DNA of 61,323 bases, counting the filler, from Sphacelaria rigidula (taxonomy: Eukaryota), in NCBI GenBank assembly GCA_964200075.2. It is 8 parts of 8 records of this genome, joined end to end, with 100 filler letters (N's around TTAATTAATTAA, not from the genome) between each part and the next. Parts side by side here need not be neighbours in the genome. Positions count along the whole stretch, not along the records: positions 7,679 to 15,256 come from CAXNAA020014256.1; positions 15,357 to 22,934 come from CAXNAA020014257.1; positions 23,035 to 30,612 come from CAXNAA020014258.1; 5 more parts are not named here. The stretch is one strand, 5' to 3'. A program made the position numbers and the translations under genes. The notes below the pieces were generated by a model. It worked only from the letters and a program-made list of their open reading frames with translations. It had not been told where the DNA came from and did no database searches. How positions within the stretch are numbered: position 1 is the stretch's first letter; every line of letters begins with the position of its first letter. This document shows, piece by piece, positions 12,801 through 24,780 of the stretch.

Positions 12801-14144
12801 CGCGTTATCCAGAGTTGGGGCATCTAGTGCCTCTGATCGTAATATATTGTTTTTAAAAAGGAACAATATATGCGCCATATCTCGAGATAGATTACTAATT
12901 GGGTAAATGTAAGGGTATCGATCGTCTCCCCGTGCTTCAGGGAAGGTCCACACCAAAAATCGCCATCATCCGATGAGTGCATCGTTCGGAGTTTCATATA
13001 GATTTTGTAGGACGTCATCTTCGTACGGTATAGGAATTACTAGACATGGGGTTTAATCAACGAGAAAACATTGGCCCAGATTTTGGAGCAGATGGGCACC
13101 TGCACCTTGATTAGACGATAAATACGATATGCGCATCATGGCCCAACTCGTCTATGTCGACAATATATTGCTGAGAGCTTAAATCCGTTTTTAGGCTGGC
13201 CCAGCTCGTATAAAAAAATCCAAAACATCCCATTTTCAAGCAGGGTCTTCTCAGTTACAGTACTTTCAGTCGTCATCCACGGGTCACACTTCTTCGGCCG
13301 ATCTGCTCAGCATACCCCAATTGTCATTCGAAACTTGCCCTCTCTCTTCCCCCTCCCCCTCTTCCATAAGGGTGTACTCGTGATCATGCATGTCATAGTC
13401 ATAAGATCATCGACTTCGCATCCCTACAATGCCGGGACGGAGCACGCCNNNNNNNNNNAGGCTCGCCCTCAAATCACCAAGCGCGAAGTGCCGTGGTGTG
13501 TTCGGCGAGTCGCATGAAGGGTGAGCTGCATCCTACCAAGATTGTTCGGCCCGAAGCCTTTTGATTATCGTGCATTCGGATGACAGCCTCCCTGATGAGT
13601 TGCTTTATTTTCTGATATCGCCACTTATTGAGACAGCTACGGCTTATACACCACCTCATGGGTGTCTCACCATGCAAATGAGTACACCCTCCCCTCCCCC
13701 CTCTTCCAAAACACCACAAAGGTAACCGAAACACACAAAAACACGTAAAAAAATAAAATAAAAAAATAACCCTCTCTCATCACGCCACACATCCCTTACA
13801 TCAGGGTGAAGATCCGATGCCCTCGGAGCCGGCTTCCAAGGCTTGCCGTCCCATCGCTTGTTGTCAACACCGTCCCGAGTTTCCAGCAAAGGCGAGTAGG
13901 TGAGATCGATTGGCTCCCAGCCCAGAATCCTGCCCATCAGCACCAATCCTTCATCTAATTCCTCCATCAGCATGGTCTAGCCGCCGCCGTGAGTGCACGC
14001 ATTCAGTTGTGGACGGCCGGGCAGTCGGGGGGGGGGGGGGGAAGGGAGCCTTGGGGACAACAACCGGAGTATTACTACNNNNNNNNNNCCCCCTCCTCCT
14101 CCCCCCCCCCCCGCGGGGGCCGGGGGGGGGGGCGGGGGGGGCCG

Positions 14145-14192
<48 letters not shown>

Positions 14193-14934
14193 AGGGAGCC
14201 TTGGGCACAAACTACGGAGTATTCCTACTTGCGCATTTGATTGCGCGTTCCGGCGACATGAGAATCATGTCCGTACAGTGGTCATCAAGCACAGACAACA
14301 TGAAACATTTTACGTCAAAACGGGACAAGCAAAAAAAAAAAGCATTGCACAACAAAAAATCACGCCCGCCACACTCCACGCCCGCCAAAAATCGCGGTGC
14401 ATCTGTACATGTTTTGTTCATCCCGTCGGACTGCGAGACTGGAGACAAAAAAAACAGTTTTTGCACCAAAATAATCAAAAGATGAAGATGAAAATAAGAG
14501 GTACTGAAAATAAACTGTAAAAAACAGGGGAAACAAAAGCGATACAGTATACTCTATGTATAATGCGCCCACCGTACTTCCGACGACCGGGAGAGAAAGG
14601 CAAACACGTTTTTTCTTCACATTGAAAATTGAAGAGAAAAAACTAGAAGAAGAAGAAAAGAAACGAAAAGAAACGAAAAGAAACGAAAAGAAAAGAAAAG
14701 AAAAGAAAAGAAAGAAGAGAAAAAAAATGAAGATGAAAAAAAAAAAAGAGGAGGATATTTTTTTGTACCGTAATACGCGTTTTTGTCTCGACTCACCAAC
14801 GCAAACGTGGGGAGATGTCGCGCGATGAAGTCATCCAGCGCTTCCTCTGAGTAGATACCGAATTCCGCCGCCAGGGGATTTCGAAGGGGTCTCCTCTTCA
14901 GTCCACCTTGGGCTATATACTCGGTCACATCCAT
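9862..14934 (-). CDS. Galactose-3-O-sulfotransferase-family protein, last four exons (5'-partial)
   Basis: Phase-0 GT-AG exons 14934-14797, 13976-13800, 11362-11288 and 10068-9862 (stop) splice in frame to ...LRNPLAAEFG...FIARHLPTFALTMLMEELDEGLVLMGRILGWEPIDLTY...LDARLYEAAKEHY...LPF*. This matches the C-terminal signature of Gal-3-O-sulfotransferases (RN..fdFG; F.LV.i.E.fDEsLvLl..lL.W...D..Y; lD..LY). Confidence 0.85.
11602..13208 (+). mobile_element. Complete 1.6-kb non-autonomous Tc1/mariner-type element in a sulfotransferase intron
   Basis: TA|CGAGCTGGGCCAGCCTA ... TAGGCTGGCCCAGCTCG|TA. It carries a subterminal palindrome (about 11640-11910) and a roughly 228-bp internal tandem duplication (about 12387-12833), and has no transposase ORF. 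Confidence 0.88.
13370..13689 (+). mobile_element. About 320-bp MITE-like dispersed repeat (TIR GGGTGTACTC...GAGTACACCC)
   Basis: Terminal inverted repeat is visible. The body CGCATCCCTACAA...GCCGTGGTGTGTTCGGCGAGTCGCATGAAGG recurs at about 14975-15215 and 46147-46365, with a diverged relative at about 10460. Confidence 0.7.
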
Positions 14935-14974
14935 CTGTGGTCAAGAGGGCAGAGGGGTGGGTTGGGCGGGAGGG

Positions 14975-15215
14975 GGGAACTCGTGATGTTGCATGCCGTA
15001 GTCATATGACCGTTGATCTTGCATCCCTACAAAGCCGCGACGGCGCACGCCGGGTTTTCGCCGTACCAGGCTCGCACAGAATCACCAAGCGCGAAGCGCC
15101 GTGGTGTGTTTGGCGAGTCGCATGAAGGGTGCGCTGTATCCTGCTGAGACTTGTTCGGCCCGAAGCGTACTGAAAGCTTGCATATGGATGACAGCCTGCA
15201 ATGAGATGCTGAAGT
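14975..15215 (+). repeat. Second copy of the GGGTGTACTC dispersed repeat
   Basis: Alignable by eye to 13370-13600. Confidence 0.7.
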
Positions 15216-15256
15216 GGGGGGGGGGAGGGGGGGGGGGAAAGGGGGGGGCCCGGGCC

Positions 15257-15356
15257 NNNNNNNNNNNNNNNNNNNNNNNNNNNNNNNNNNNNNNNNNNNN
15301 TTAATTAATTAANNNNNNNNNNNNNNNNNNNNNNNNNNNNNNNNNNNNNNNNNNNN
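15257..15356. other. Artificial scaffold spacer
   Basis: N44-TTAATTAATTAA-N44. Confidence 0.98.
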
Positions 15357-15383
15357 CCCCCCCCCTCAGAGTGAAACACTCAC

Positions 15384-17061
15384 ATCTGCCGCGGGGATGT
15401 ATTCCTCGGCGTCTACGAGCGTTCGAATCGCCTTTTCGTAGGCTTCGCACGTGGGGCGACGGCCTGCAGCCATCGTGGCCTCAAGTACCTTCACGGCGTC
15501 GTGCCGCCGACCTGTTCATGCCGGAATAAAAAATCCACGCGTACCGTACGGATGATGAGTCGCAAATTTGTACTAATATAATGTAAATAATGCTGTTGAA
15601 AGATGTCATGGTTCTTGCGGAGCAATATTTGAACGACTGTTTCTACGAAGCTCTGGTCAAGCTACAAAAGGTAGTCCACGAAAGCGCGAAACGGAAAGCG
15701 GGCAGCAAAAATGTTGGGGGATGGAACAAGACACATTTGATGGTACAATATACTGTGCTTCACCGCCTATGCGTTCCGTGTAGTGGTTCGGTCGAGTGCT
15801 CGGCCTATATAGACAAGCGCTACAAAACCTCCTAGAGTATTGCCCCGCACAATACCTCCGGGGAGGAGAGAGGGAACTTTCAAACAGTTTCAGACACCTG
15901 GATGACACAGCAACAACAAATCTATATCAATGGGGAGGTGTGTGTGTGTGGGGGGGTTATGAATCATGTTCTTGGAACGATTGTTGTGAACCCCCCCCCC
16001 CCCCCGCGCGCGCTATATATACTTCTTCAAAATCGAGGGGAAGTGTAAAAGTTCCAAGTTGTAGTTTCGGCTGCTGACAACGACCAGGACTGGACATATT
16101 GCAGTGGGTCATCTCCGCAGGTTGAACTGCATCACAGCACACTACTGCCCAGGTGGGGGGCGCAGAACGTACAGCAGTGTATGGGCGGTGGAATCCTACC
16201 GGCACTCTATCTTCAAGGTGATTTCTAGGCTACGTTTGGGGGTTAGGATCGGTACGGGGTGAGGCGTGCACGATGGCAATTCCACATACGGAGCACGGAG
16301 CAGAGAGGATCATGTGTATCATAAGATGCACATGTTACAGTGTCGACTACTGTACTGGCTGTTGCTACTACTATAATGTACTGTTATGGTGCTGTTGTCT
16401 GTATCATGTACATGATGGCCGTGGCTGCCGTGTTGTGGACACCTCCCGGCATCCATAATACACCCCCACCACCCAACACCACCAACACCAACGGCAGTAG
16501 CAACATTATCAACACCATGTACATACCTTTTTCAACCACTGCGGTAGGCAAAGGCTCCGGTTTGACCTGTCGCCTCATCATAGCGCTGGTCGCGACCGCC
16601 CCACCGATCTTACGCCTGCTGCTACTCGCACCTGTGCCATCACCACCATCGCCACGGACGACTCTGTCAGATACCACGGCAACGCCGCTGCCATCGCTAC
16701 AACTGTCTGCCACAGCTTTCATTCTCCATCTAAAACTTCTCATAGAGCTCACTTGATGCGTACCGGCAGGAGCGGTGCTGTCGGTGCTGTAACGCTGTTT
16801 CATGTCATGACGCATTCGTGCTCTGGTGTTCCTCTCGGCTGCTGCTGTGTGCAACGTTCGAGTTACCACGACGAAAGACGGAGAGGTAAATTTTCTTGGG
16901 CTTGACGCGGGGGGGGAAAGTGGCCGTGAAGGCAGGGCGATGCCCCCGCTCCCTCCATGTCTGTGTTGATGGCACGTTGAAGCATGCATACCGGACTGTG
17001 CTGTACCTGCTGTGTACGACAGTACAGACAGTACAGACAACAGTGCGTGGTACAACAGCAT
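15384..17061 (-). CDS. PPR-like protein with an N-terminal signal peptide, first two exons (3'-partial)
   Basis: Exon 1 is 17061-16527 (MLLYHALLSVLSVLSYTAG..., donor G|GTATGT, phase 1). It joins exon 2 at 15511-15384 (donor GTGAGT), giving ...VVEKGRRHDAVKVLEATMAAGRRPTCEAYEKAIRTLVDAEEYIPAAD, which is PPR-like (A..vl..M...G..P...aY..aI). Confidence 0.6.
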
Positions 17062-17557
17062 CAACTTCGCTTCATACTTGTACTATTTATTGACCATCTG
17101 TCATAATCTAACGTAAATGATGACAATAGTATAGACGTACTCCGCAGCCACGGATTTTTAATCCGCAACCGTACTCGCGCTGCACCTCGACCCGTGCTGA
17201 GTCTACTCGGTCGGTGGAAACGTTGACAGTGCGTGTGTGTGTGTGCGGCACTATCACTCATTCCGAGTGAGTTTACGTACACGTGGAGCAGTGCCAAAAG
17301 TAATCATTTTGATGACGGGGAAATCGCTGTGAAAACGTGAAATCAAAAACGGGTGCTCGGTTTTGGCCGTTGATAATTATCGCCGAACCTTGGTGAATCA
17401 TTGTGGGAAGGGCAGCGGGGAGAAGTGGAGGTGGGAGACAAACGGCCCCGAGGTGATCAGAACCTGTCAAACTGAAAGCAACGATTTACCGAGCATACAG
17501 GTGGCAATAGCTGGAGTGACCTTGGCTAGCGTCGAAGAAGACAAGAGCGAAGCAACT

Positions 17558-20500
17558 ATGCGCCGAAGCAGTTTGCGAGAACGAGATAGCGACTGCCTTC
17601 GCGAGGATGGTATGCGCCGCCGGACGTGCGCGCCTATCGCGGAGGATCACGACTACTTGTACGAAGAGGGTGACTCTATTGCTTCATGGCAGCACTACGA
17701 GCAATCGGCCGTTGAAAACACTAGAGAGTTGCTAGAGGACCCATCGCGGGATTCAATCGTGGAAACCGATAGCTGGTACATGACAAGTAGGTCACTCGCC
17801 CACAAGTTTAGTGTCGTTGGCAATCTAAGAAAGCGGAGCGTCCGGGAGGTCGACGGCAACGGTGTCGGTGCCGATACTGCTCGCGGGGACAGCGTTAACG
17901 GCGACGGCTGTGGTGGTCTTACTGGTGGTGACGGTGGCGGGGGGGTTACCCGGGAGGGTGGGCAAGCAGCAGGTGAGTTGATGTTGGTACTGCTGATATT
18001 GCCTAGGTGATCATCGTTGGACCGGTATATTTGGAGTACCGACGAACGCGCCGGTAGGACAAATGTGGCGTGACCACGGGGGGCATACGCCGGCACGTAC
18101 AGACTGTGCTCGTGTGTATACATAGCCTCATTCGTCTGGTATGCGTTCACCGCAGTAGAGTTCACCCGAATCCGCTGTATTACTAAGGCAGACACGGTAG
18201 ACCCGTCCTATGCCTCCTCCGGTACGCAAATACGTACTCGCGGATTGTGCTGGGAATGAACGCTTTAGGACGTGCTTCATGACCATCCCAGAACCAGGTG
18301 CCTGATCATTCACAAACACTCATGATTGCGGGAGGACAAAGAAATCATCTACAACTATATCAGTTCCGCATATGAAGTAGGCATCCCGCTGTGGTCGGTT
18401 CAGTTTTGGTCGTTAGTACCACATTCCGGGTAATCGTGTCAAATTGTATCGATCTGTACAATGTAAATCGTCATCCGTTTTATCAATAATGTTGGACCCT
18501 GATTGTACGAGTGCTCAAGTTCAGTGGCCTCAGTTTTACCTCCATGCGGTAATGCAGCACGCCTCGTTTGTATCGTGACTACTTATAACAGCTCGGTCAT
18601 GCCAATCGCTGACAAATCGCTGACATGCAAAAATTGCGAATAACTCTGTTGCACTGTACTATGCACGATACATGGCGACAATGACAACCAGCAGGTGCGG
18701 CACTCTCCTACCTTGCAAGGCGCGTTATACGGTGGTGCTGGGCCGTATGTATCCTGCAGCACAAAACGATATGCCGCGTACGCATGTCGAGCCCAGACCC
18801 ATTTCGATCATATGCGTATGTTTCTGCCGCACTCTTCTGTCTGTCACTCTTCTGCCTGTCTATTGTTTGTTTGTACCGAATATTGCAGCATCTTCACACA
18901 TAGCGACTGTGGTGAGAGTCCGAGGGGGATTGCATGGCAACGTGCGCCGTTCCCTCTGTGTGCAAGGGAGCAACGCTGTTGTCACTGTTGCTCCCCATGG
19001 CGGTCGTCCCCAGCCAGCACGAAAAACGTGGGGCTTCACCAAGGTGCTGGACGCAACAGCCACACAGGTGCGTGCACAGAGTACCTATGATCGTTGTTGT
19101 AGAGCGCGGGGGCTCGTATCCTCATGGGAACAACGCCACCTACCGCTCAGATCCGACTAACCGGATACAATTGCGATCTGAGCCCAGGATCAACGTATTC
19201 ATTTTTGCCCATTTCTCATTTGGCGATATTCCTGATCTCACTCCTGTGTAGTTCCCGATCTCCTACCCCCTAGTCTCGAATAAAGCTGAAAATTATGTGC
19301 TCTTATCACACAAATGTACGCATATTGCTCGTCCTCAACAGTAGTGGTGAGGGTATATGTTTCTATCGGGGCAGCATCATCTTGTGTCTTATCGGTCCAC
19401 GACCAGGATATACCTGTTTTTCACTCGACTGTTTAGTGGCTCAGCGGAATCTCTCATGTAAATGTTGAGCCTTAGTTTCCTTTGACTTTGGTCCTTCAAG
19501 CATACCAAGCAGATGATCGGCAATCTGCAGCTCCTACAGAAGCAGATGAACCCACATGATACCCACGCACCCTCATTTTTCCTCTTCTTGTTCCTGAGGC
19601 TCATCTCAATTCGATGGCGACGAATCCAAGATATGTTCGGCCCGCGCCTCCTTGAGTGTGGTTTGGTTAGGGTCTACGCATTGTGCGCGGCACTGTTTTG
19701 TTCAAGCCAGTTGTACTCGCAAGCACTTTCTCACGTACCACCGCTGTATCGCAGTAACGGCTTCGCCCGTGCCGGCCTCACTATTCATTCAAAATACGGT
19801 AGTGCGCCGCCGCAGTACTTGAACCATCCTATCGTGCACATGTCCAGAGAAATCCTGTTGAGTAAAATTTATTCGAGGCCGTTTACTTTGTGTGGGTCAC
19901 GTTTGTACACCACCCTCGGCAGCACACTTGAAAATCAGTGTCACGATGCACTGGAGGTCCCAGCATCATCCGGTGGATCGCCAGCCCGGTATGACCGCAC
20001 ATCGCTGAGACCCCGCACGATACTGGGATAGCGCAAGCACTTGACCTCAGGTCGCCCCTCCCCGGTGATATTACGGTACAACTGACACCATGGGGTTGGA
20101 AAACCGCGGGCTCGATTCCCGCCAGGGGAGTCTAATTTGGCTTTTTCTCAGAAGTATCTTGTTTTGATCGTTGAAAACGTGAGGAAATGAGTAGCGAAAA
20201 TACTGTGTTTGGCTGAGATAGTTGAATGACAGTCGACGCGGCGCGGGGGTGCTGATCCAATCCGCGATGCCAACTGTATGGCGCGTACCGAGGGAGAGAT
20301 GGTCTTGTCCCTTGAGAGCAGCGGGCTCGTCCCGAGAAAGGGAAAGGAGGTGGATGCAAGGTGATTTTTTTTTTCAAGTGGTACAGCGGATCGATTTTTT
20401 TACAAGTGATTTTAAATGTACTGTGCTGTGGTGGGACCCCCACTGTACGTTGAATGCAGAACGCTTGCTCCTCCTTGTGGCTCGCGCAACGCCAATCACT

Positions 20501-21966
20501 GTGTTTTCACTTGTCACCACCAGGAACGAGTGTACCAGGAAACAGCACGTCCGGTGCTGAACTCTTGGCTAGACGCATCCGGCGACCGAAGCGGCCTTAT
20601 TATCGCCTACGGCGCCTCCGGCTCGGGTAAGACGCACACAATATCGGGCCCGGAATCGGGCGGAGACAACGAGGGCCTCCTCCCGCGCACGCTGGCCGAA
20701 ATTTTTCACACGATGGCAAAAGACAGCGACTGCGACGCCGAGGAGGGTAAGGCAGCGGCTACGGCACAGGGCGCGGGCCGCCGCGTCCTTCACATGCAAG
20801 TTGCTGAGGTCTATTGCAACGTCGCCTACGACCTACTTTGTGATGGGGACGAGTTGCGCGCGAGGGAGCTCAAGGTGCAGACGGACAGCTCTGGGAGAGA
20901 TCGGATCGATGGACTGAGCAGTCATGCTGTCGAGGACTTGGAGAGCGCGCTCGAAAAGTTCCGTCTAGCGAGAAGTCACGCCGAGACTGCTCCCACGAAG
21001 CTTAACGCGGCGTCCAGCAGAGGGCACACATTGTGGATGATGGAGCTAAAGCCAGTTTCGCCCAAGGGAGAGGGGAAGCGTGCGGGGGTGAGCGCGATCA
21101 CCAATCCTCGACTGTGGATCGTGGACATGGCGGGAAGCGAGCGGAGCGACCGGGCGGAATCGGACACTGGGGAAGCCGCCCATATTAACAAGGACCACAC
21201 CGCCCTGTTCGCATGCCTTAACCAGATGACGCTTAACTCCAGGTTCGTGAGTTTTCGCAACCGCACACTCACTCACTTGCTCAGGAACATGCTCACGAGA
21301 GGAGCTGGCGCGTCGGTAGCGACGGCGACCGGTGGTACCGGCGGTGGCGGCGGCAAGTCAGCATCGCCACGGCGTAGCTCATGCGTCTTGGTCGTGAACG
21401 TGCACCCTGGGGCGTCGGAGTACGCGGAGACGCACAAGGTACTGGCGAATGCGGCGCTGGCGATGAACGTTAGGCCTAACGTGGAGGTGGCCAGGCCAGT
21501 GCACGCGTTTCACGGCAACTATGGCTACAATGGCCACAGAGCCGGAGGACAGGTCAAGCGGCAGAGGGTGGAGGCTGGCAATGGTCGTGCTCCCGGAACT
21601 CCCGCCGTCCGTTCGTCGATGGCAGGCGATGGGACAGTGGTCAGGTGTTCAACGAGTCGGGGTGAAGGTGTGAGTTTGGGCAGAGAGTCCGGTGTTCAAC
21701 CCCTGATTTCGGCACGGCCGTCGATAGCAGGCTGGAGCGCTCGAGCGAGGCCTGGCCAACCACCGGACCAGCAGGTGCAGGATCGGCGTAAGATTGAGGA
21801 GTTGGAGGCTCATGTTGCTAGGCTGAGTGCTGAAGTCGACAGTCTTCATGCTGAAATCGATAGCCTGGACGCGAGAATCGATAAACTGAACGAAGACAAC
21901 CAGCAAGCGATTACCGACGCTCGGGATATCGGTCAACAGCGGTTGAACCTTATCAAAGATCTCGAG
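17558..21966 (+). CDS. Divergent kinesin motor-domain protein (kinesin-6-like); 3' end uncertain
   Basis: Phase-compatible exons 17558-17972, 18889-19067 (IATVVRVR...WGFTKVLDATATQ) and 20524-21966. Motifs: P-loop GASGSGKT, EVYCNVAYDLL, switch I NAASSRGH, switch II DMAGSE, VVNVHP...YAET..VL, then a coiled coil. The start codon is uncertain. A tiny terminal exon at 22035-22049 is possible, or the gene continues past the scaffold end. Confidence 0.9.
20059..20130 (+). pseudogene. tRNA-like relic or SINE head in a kinesin intron
   Basis: 72 nt with a possible acceptor stem (TCCCC.../...GGGGA) and T arm GCGGG-CTCGATT-CCCGC. The D and anticodon arms are non-canonical and the B box is mutated. Confidence 0.4.
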
Positions 21967-22335
21967 GTGAGGCTCCTCAGGGGGTGTTTTTTTCAGCAGC
22001 AGATGACCAATGAGGGCTGTTTTCTCTGTTGCAGGAGATCGTATGGTAGCGGGCAAACACGAGAATGTCGACACAACCGGCTCTGCTCCAGATATTTTGA
22101 ACCGTTCGTTTTTCATCACAATAGTTGTCACGGCAAGCGGGAGCTTTGACGGATCTCCCGCGTTGCCTCACGACAGACCGCAGGTGACACATTTTTGTTG
22201 GGAAAAACTGTTTTATATGTCCCACGTTTTGTGCCGCAACAACCACGAGTTCGGGTGTGATACATGTGTACTTTTGGTGCGTTGTAATGAGCGGAAGCCT
22301 GCACGCTCTGCTCTGGCAAACAACGGTTATGAGTA

Positions 22336-22934
22336 CGAGCTGGGCCAGCCTAGAGGCGGATTTGAAGTTTGCAGGCCCATGCTCTTTTATACATTTGGAG
22401 TCGGATCCTGAAATCTGGTATGGACAATGCATGGGGCATTAAAAAAAACATTACCTTGGTACCAAAAGTTTTTTTTTCATTGGTTGAAGCATTTTACTGA
22501 AAGCTGAAAACTGATTTTTGCCCTTAACTCATGAAAAAAAAAATGGTACCGAGGTGATTTTTTTTCATGCCCTATTCATTGTCCATACCAAATTCCAGGG
22601 TCCAACTCTGGATGTATAAAAGAGCATGGGCCTATCAAAAACCGGGTCGGTAGAAATTCGGAACAGTATTTTGCAGGCCACTCACCGGCCTACGTTTGGT
22701 TTTCGTGTATTGAAATTTTGTGTGGGCGCTCTCTAAGGCATAATCAACAAAAAAAAGTGGGTCAGGTTCATTTTTTTTCAATTTTTTCACTGGTTTAGGG
22801 CGTTCTAGTATGGTAAAGTACATTTCTCCACGAGAACGCCCCAACCTCTATGAAAAAGAAAACATGAATGAGGGCCCATTTTTTTTTTTTTGCACTCTTT
22901 TGTGGTTCCCCACACCAAAATTCGTCACCATCCG
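22336..22934 (+). mobile_element. TA-flanked MITE (CGAGCTGGGCCAGCC family), truncated by the scaffold end
   Basis: TA|CGAGCTGGGCCAGCCTAGAGGCGGATTTG plus the subterminal palindrome shared with other copies. Confidence 0.85.
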
Positions 22935-23034
22935 NNNNNNNNNNNNNNNNNNNNNNNNNNNNNNNNNNNNNNNNNNNNTTAATTAATTAANNNNNNNNNN
23001 NNNNNNNNNNNNNNNNNNNNNNNNNNNNNNNNNN
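22935..23034. other. Artificial scaffold spacer
   Basis: N44-TTAATTAATTAA-N44. Confidence 0.98.
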
Positions 23035-24049
23035 GAGAGGGTGACAGCCCCCAAGACAGCAAGGGGGGGGGGGGGGGGGGGGGGTGCTGTAGCGCCATCA
23101 CTCTGTTACTATTAAATGATGATCTTTATGTCCCAAATATAGCAATGTCAAACTCGAGTTCCCGGTATATTTGACTGTAAATTATTGTCAAGTAAGAGTC
23201 TGAGATACCTCTATTTGACTATATTTTCTCCCGCACATGAGTCCGATCTCTCGAACCCGTGGTCACAGACGTAGACTCGCCTTCCACTAACGTCACTACC
23301 GTACTACCCTTACATGGCATGGGAGCGCTCATTGAGCGGGGTACTCTGCGACTCCAAAAACCAAGCAAAACAATGGATGTAGTGTACAGTAAGGAAGAGA
23401 CGTCAAGAGAACGAAAGAGGAAAAAGCCTGCACCCGAGTTCGTCGAGGAATCGTGAAACAAGAAGACCAGATGTGTCCAGCGGGGTGCGAAAACATCGTA
23501 AATGGCTGCCGCCAGGCGTTTCGACAACATGATGTAAACGCAGCAAATACCCTCAACGCCAACGAGTACGCCGTCGGCACGCGCCAGGAACAAGTCATGA
23601 CCCTCAACGATAACCTTCGCTCTCAACTTCATGCATACGGCCAGCGTGTTGCCCGATAATCTTTTACTTCGTTACTGTACATGCGGTGGGGGGTTAGACG
23701 AGTGACGGGGCGTCGTTCTACTCGGTTCTGTCCGTGCTTCTTTTGAATCGATTCTCACTCATGTAGCGCTGCCGGCTTGGCGCCAACACAGCCAGGGTTC
23801 CTCCCTTTTCTCGTAGTGATTACGGTTGGCCGTGGAGTTGGATCGGTCTGGCTCCTACTTCATTTGAATAAATGATTCTCTACTTACGTAGTAGCACTGC
23901 CAGGTTGGCGCTGACACGGACAGGCGTCCTTTCTTCTTCCGTGATGGTTACGGTCAGCCGTGGGGTTGGAAGTCCTAATCTGCTCACACTAATAAATTAT
24001 GGTCAACGTCGGGGTCATTTTTGTTTTTCGTCATTTTGCTCAAAATGTC

Positions 24050-24745
24050 CGCGAGTGCGAGACCCGTGGCGTTGATACCTGCGGCGATGCTGACACGCGC
24101 GTCAGCCGTGGCTCACCAGTAGCATCTTATCAGTCGCCCATTCAAGGGGAAGATGCCCATCTGAGCAAAAGCCTGGGTCATTTTTTTTCGTTGATTAAAC
24201 GCCATGTCAAGTAATTCTATCCGAGTACCGTACGGAGATAGGGTTTATACTGAAGTCTCCGAGGAAAAGTCAAGTCTGGGCAGGAAATAAACTGCGGCCA
24301 CCGGGAGACCGCACAGGTGGGCTGGAACCATCTCGATGACGACAGCAAGGCACTCCAAGGTCAACATCCGCCTAGCTCTCTTTCAAGGCGGAAAACGACA
24401 TGCAACAGATGCTCCAAAAAGGCGAGGTTTCAGATTTTTATTCTTGTTTGCCACAATATGCAAGAAGCGGCCGGAAGTCGTGAAAAGAAACCAGATTTCA
24501 CGACTTAAAAGTAATTTTCAAAGTTTTCAATATGAGGAGAACAACAAGTAGAGGCATCTCAATCTGGAGGTTTAAAGATTGACCTGTCGATTACTGTGAA
24601 ATATGGCGGGAATTTCGAGTTTGAGATAGCTCTATCATGCCCTGGTGACTCTCCATACTGTACCAAATTTGAAACTTCAACTTTCAAAACTGAGGTGAGA
24701 ATAGGCCCGCAGCCCACAGATCCGCTTGCAGGCTGGCCCAGCTCG
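24050..24745 (-). mobile_element. Diverged member of the CGAGCTGGGCCAGC MITE family containing a foldback-element fragment
   Basis: Ends in GGCTGGCCCAGCTCG. 24140-24240 resembles 27080-27170 and 24290-24400 resembles the arms of the 28.4-29.3 kb foldbacks. The left boundary is approximate. Confidence 0.55.
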
Positions 24746-24780
24746 TTCTTGATTTCGGTGTTGTCAATGACCACCGATAC

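Noticed and set aside
13990..14240. Poly-Gly/poly-Pro ORFs and G-quadruplex-like tract (also about 38195-38240 and 49830-49980)
   Set aside because: These are homopolymer runs next to N gaps, with a duplicated flank at 14041 and 14191; probably sequencing or assembly artefacts.
14556..14828. Lys/Arg-rich ORF
   Set aside because: It is the translation of an intronic (GAAAA)n simple repeat on the antisense strand of the sulfotransferase gene.
20416..22149. 577-aa single-ORF kinesin as given in the ORF track
   Set aside because: Both ends read through intron sequence; the exon is 20524-21966 and the motor N-terminus is on an upstream exon.
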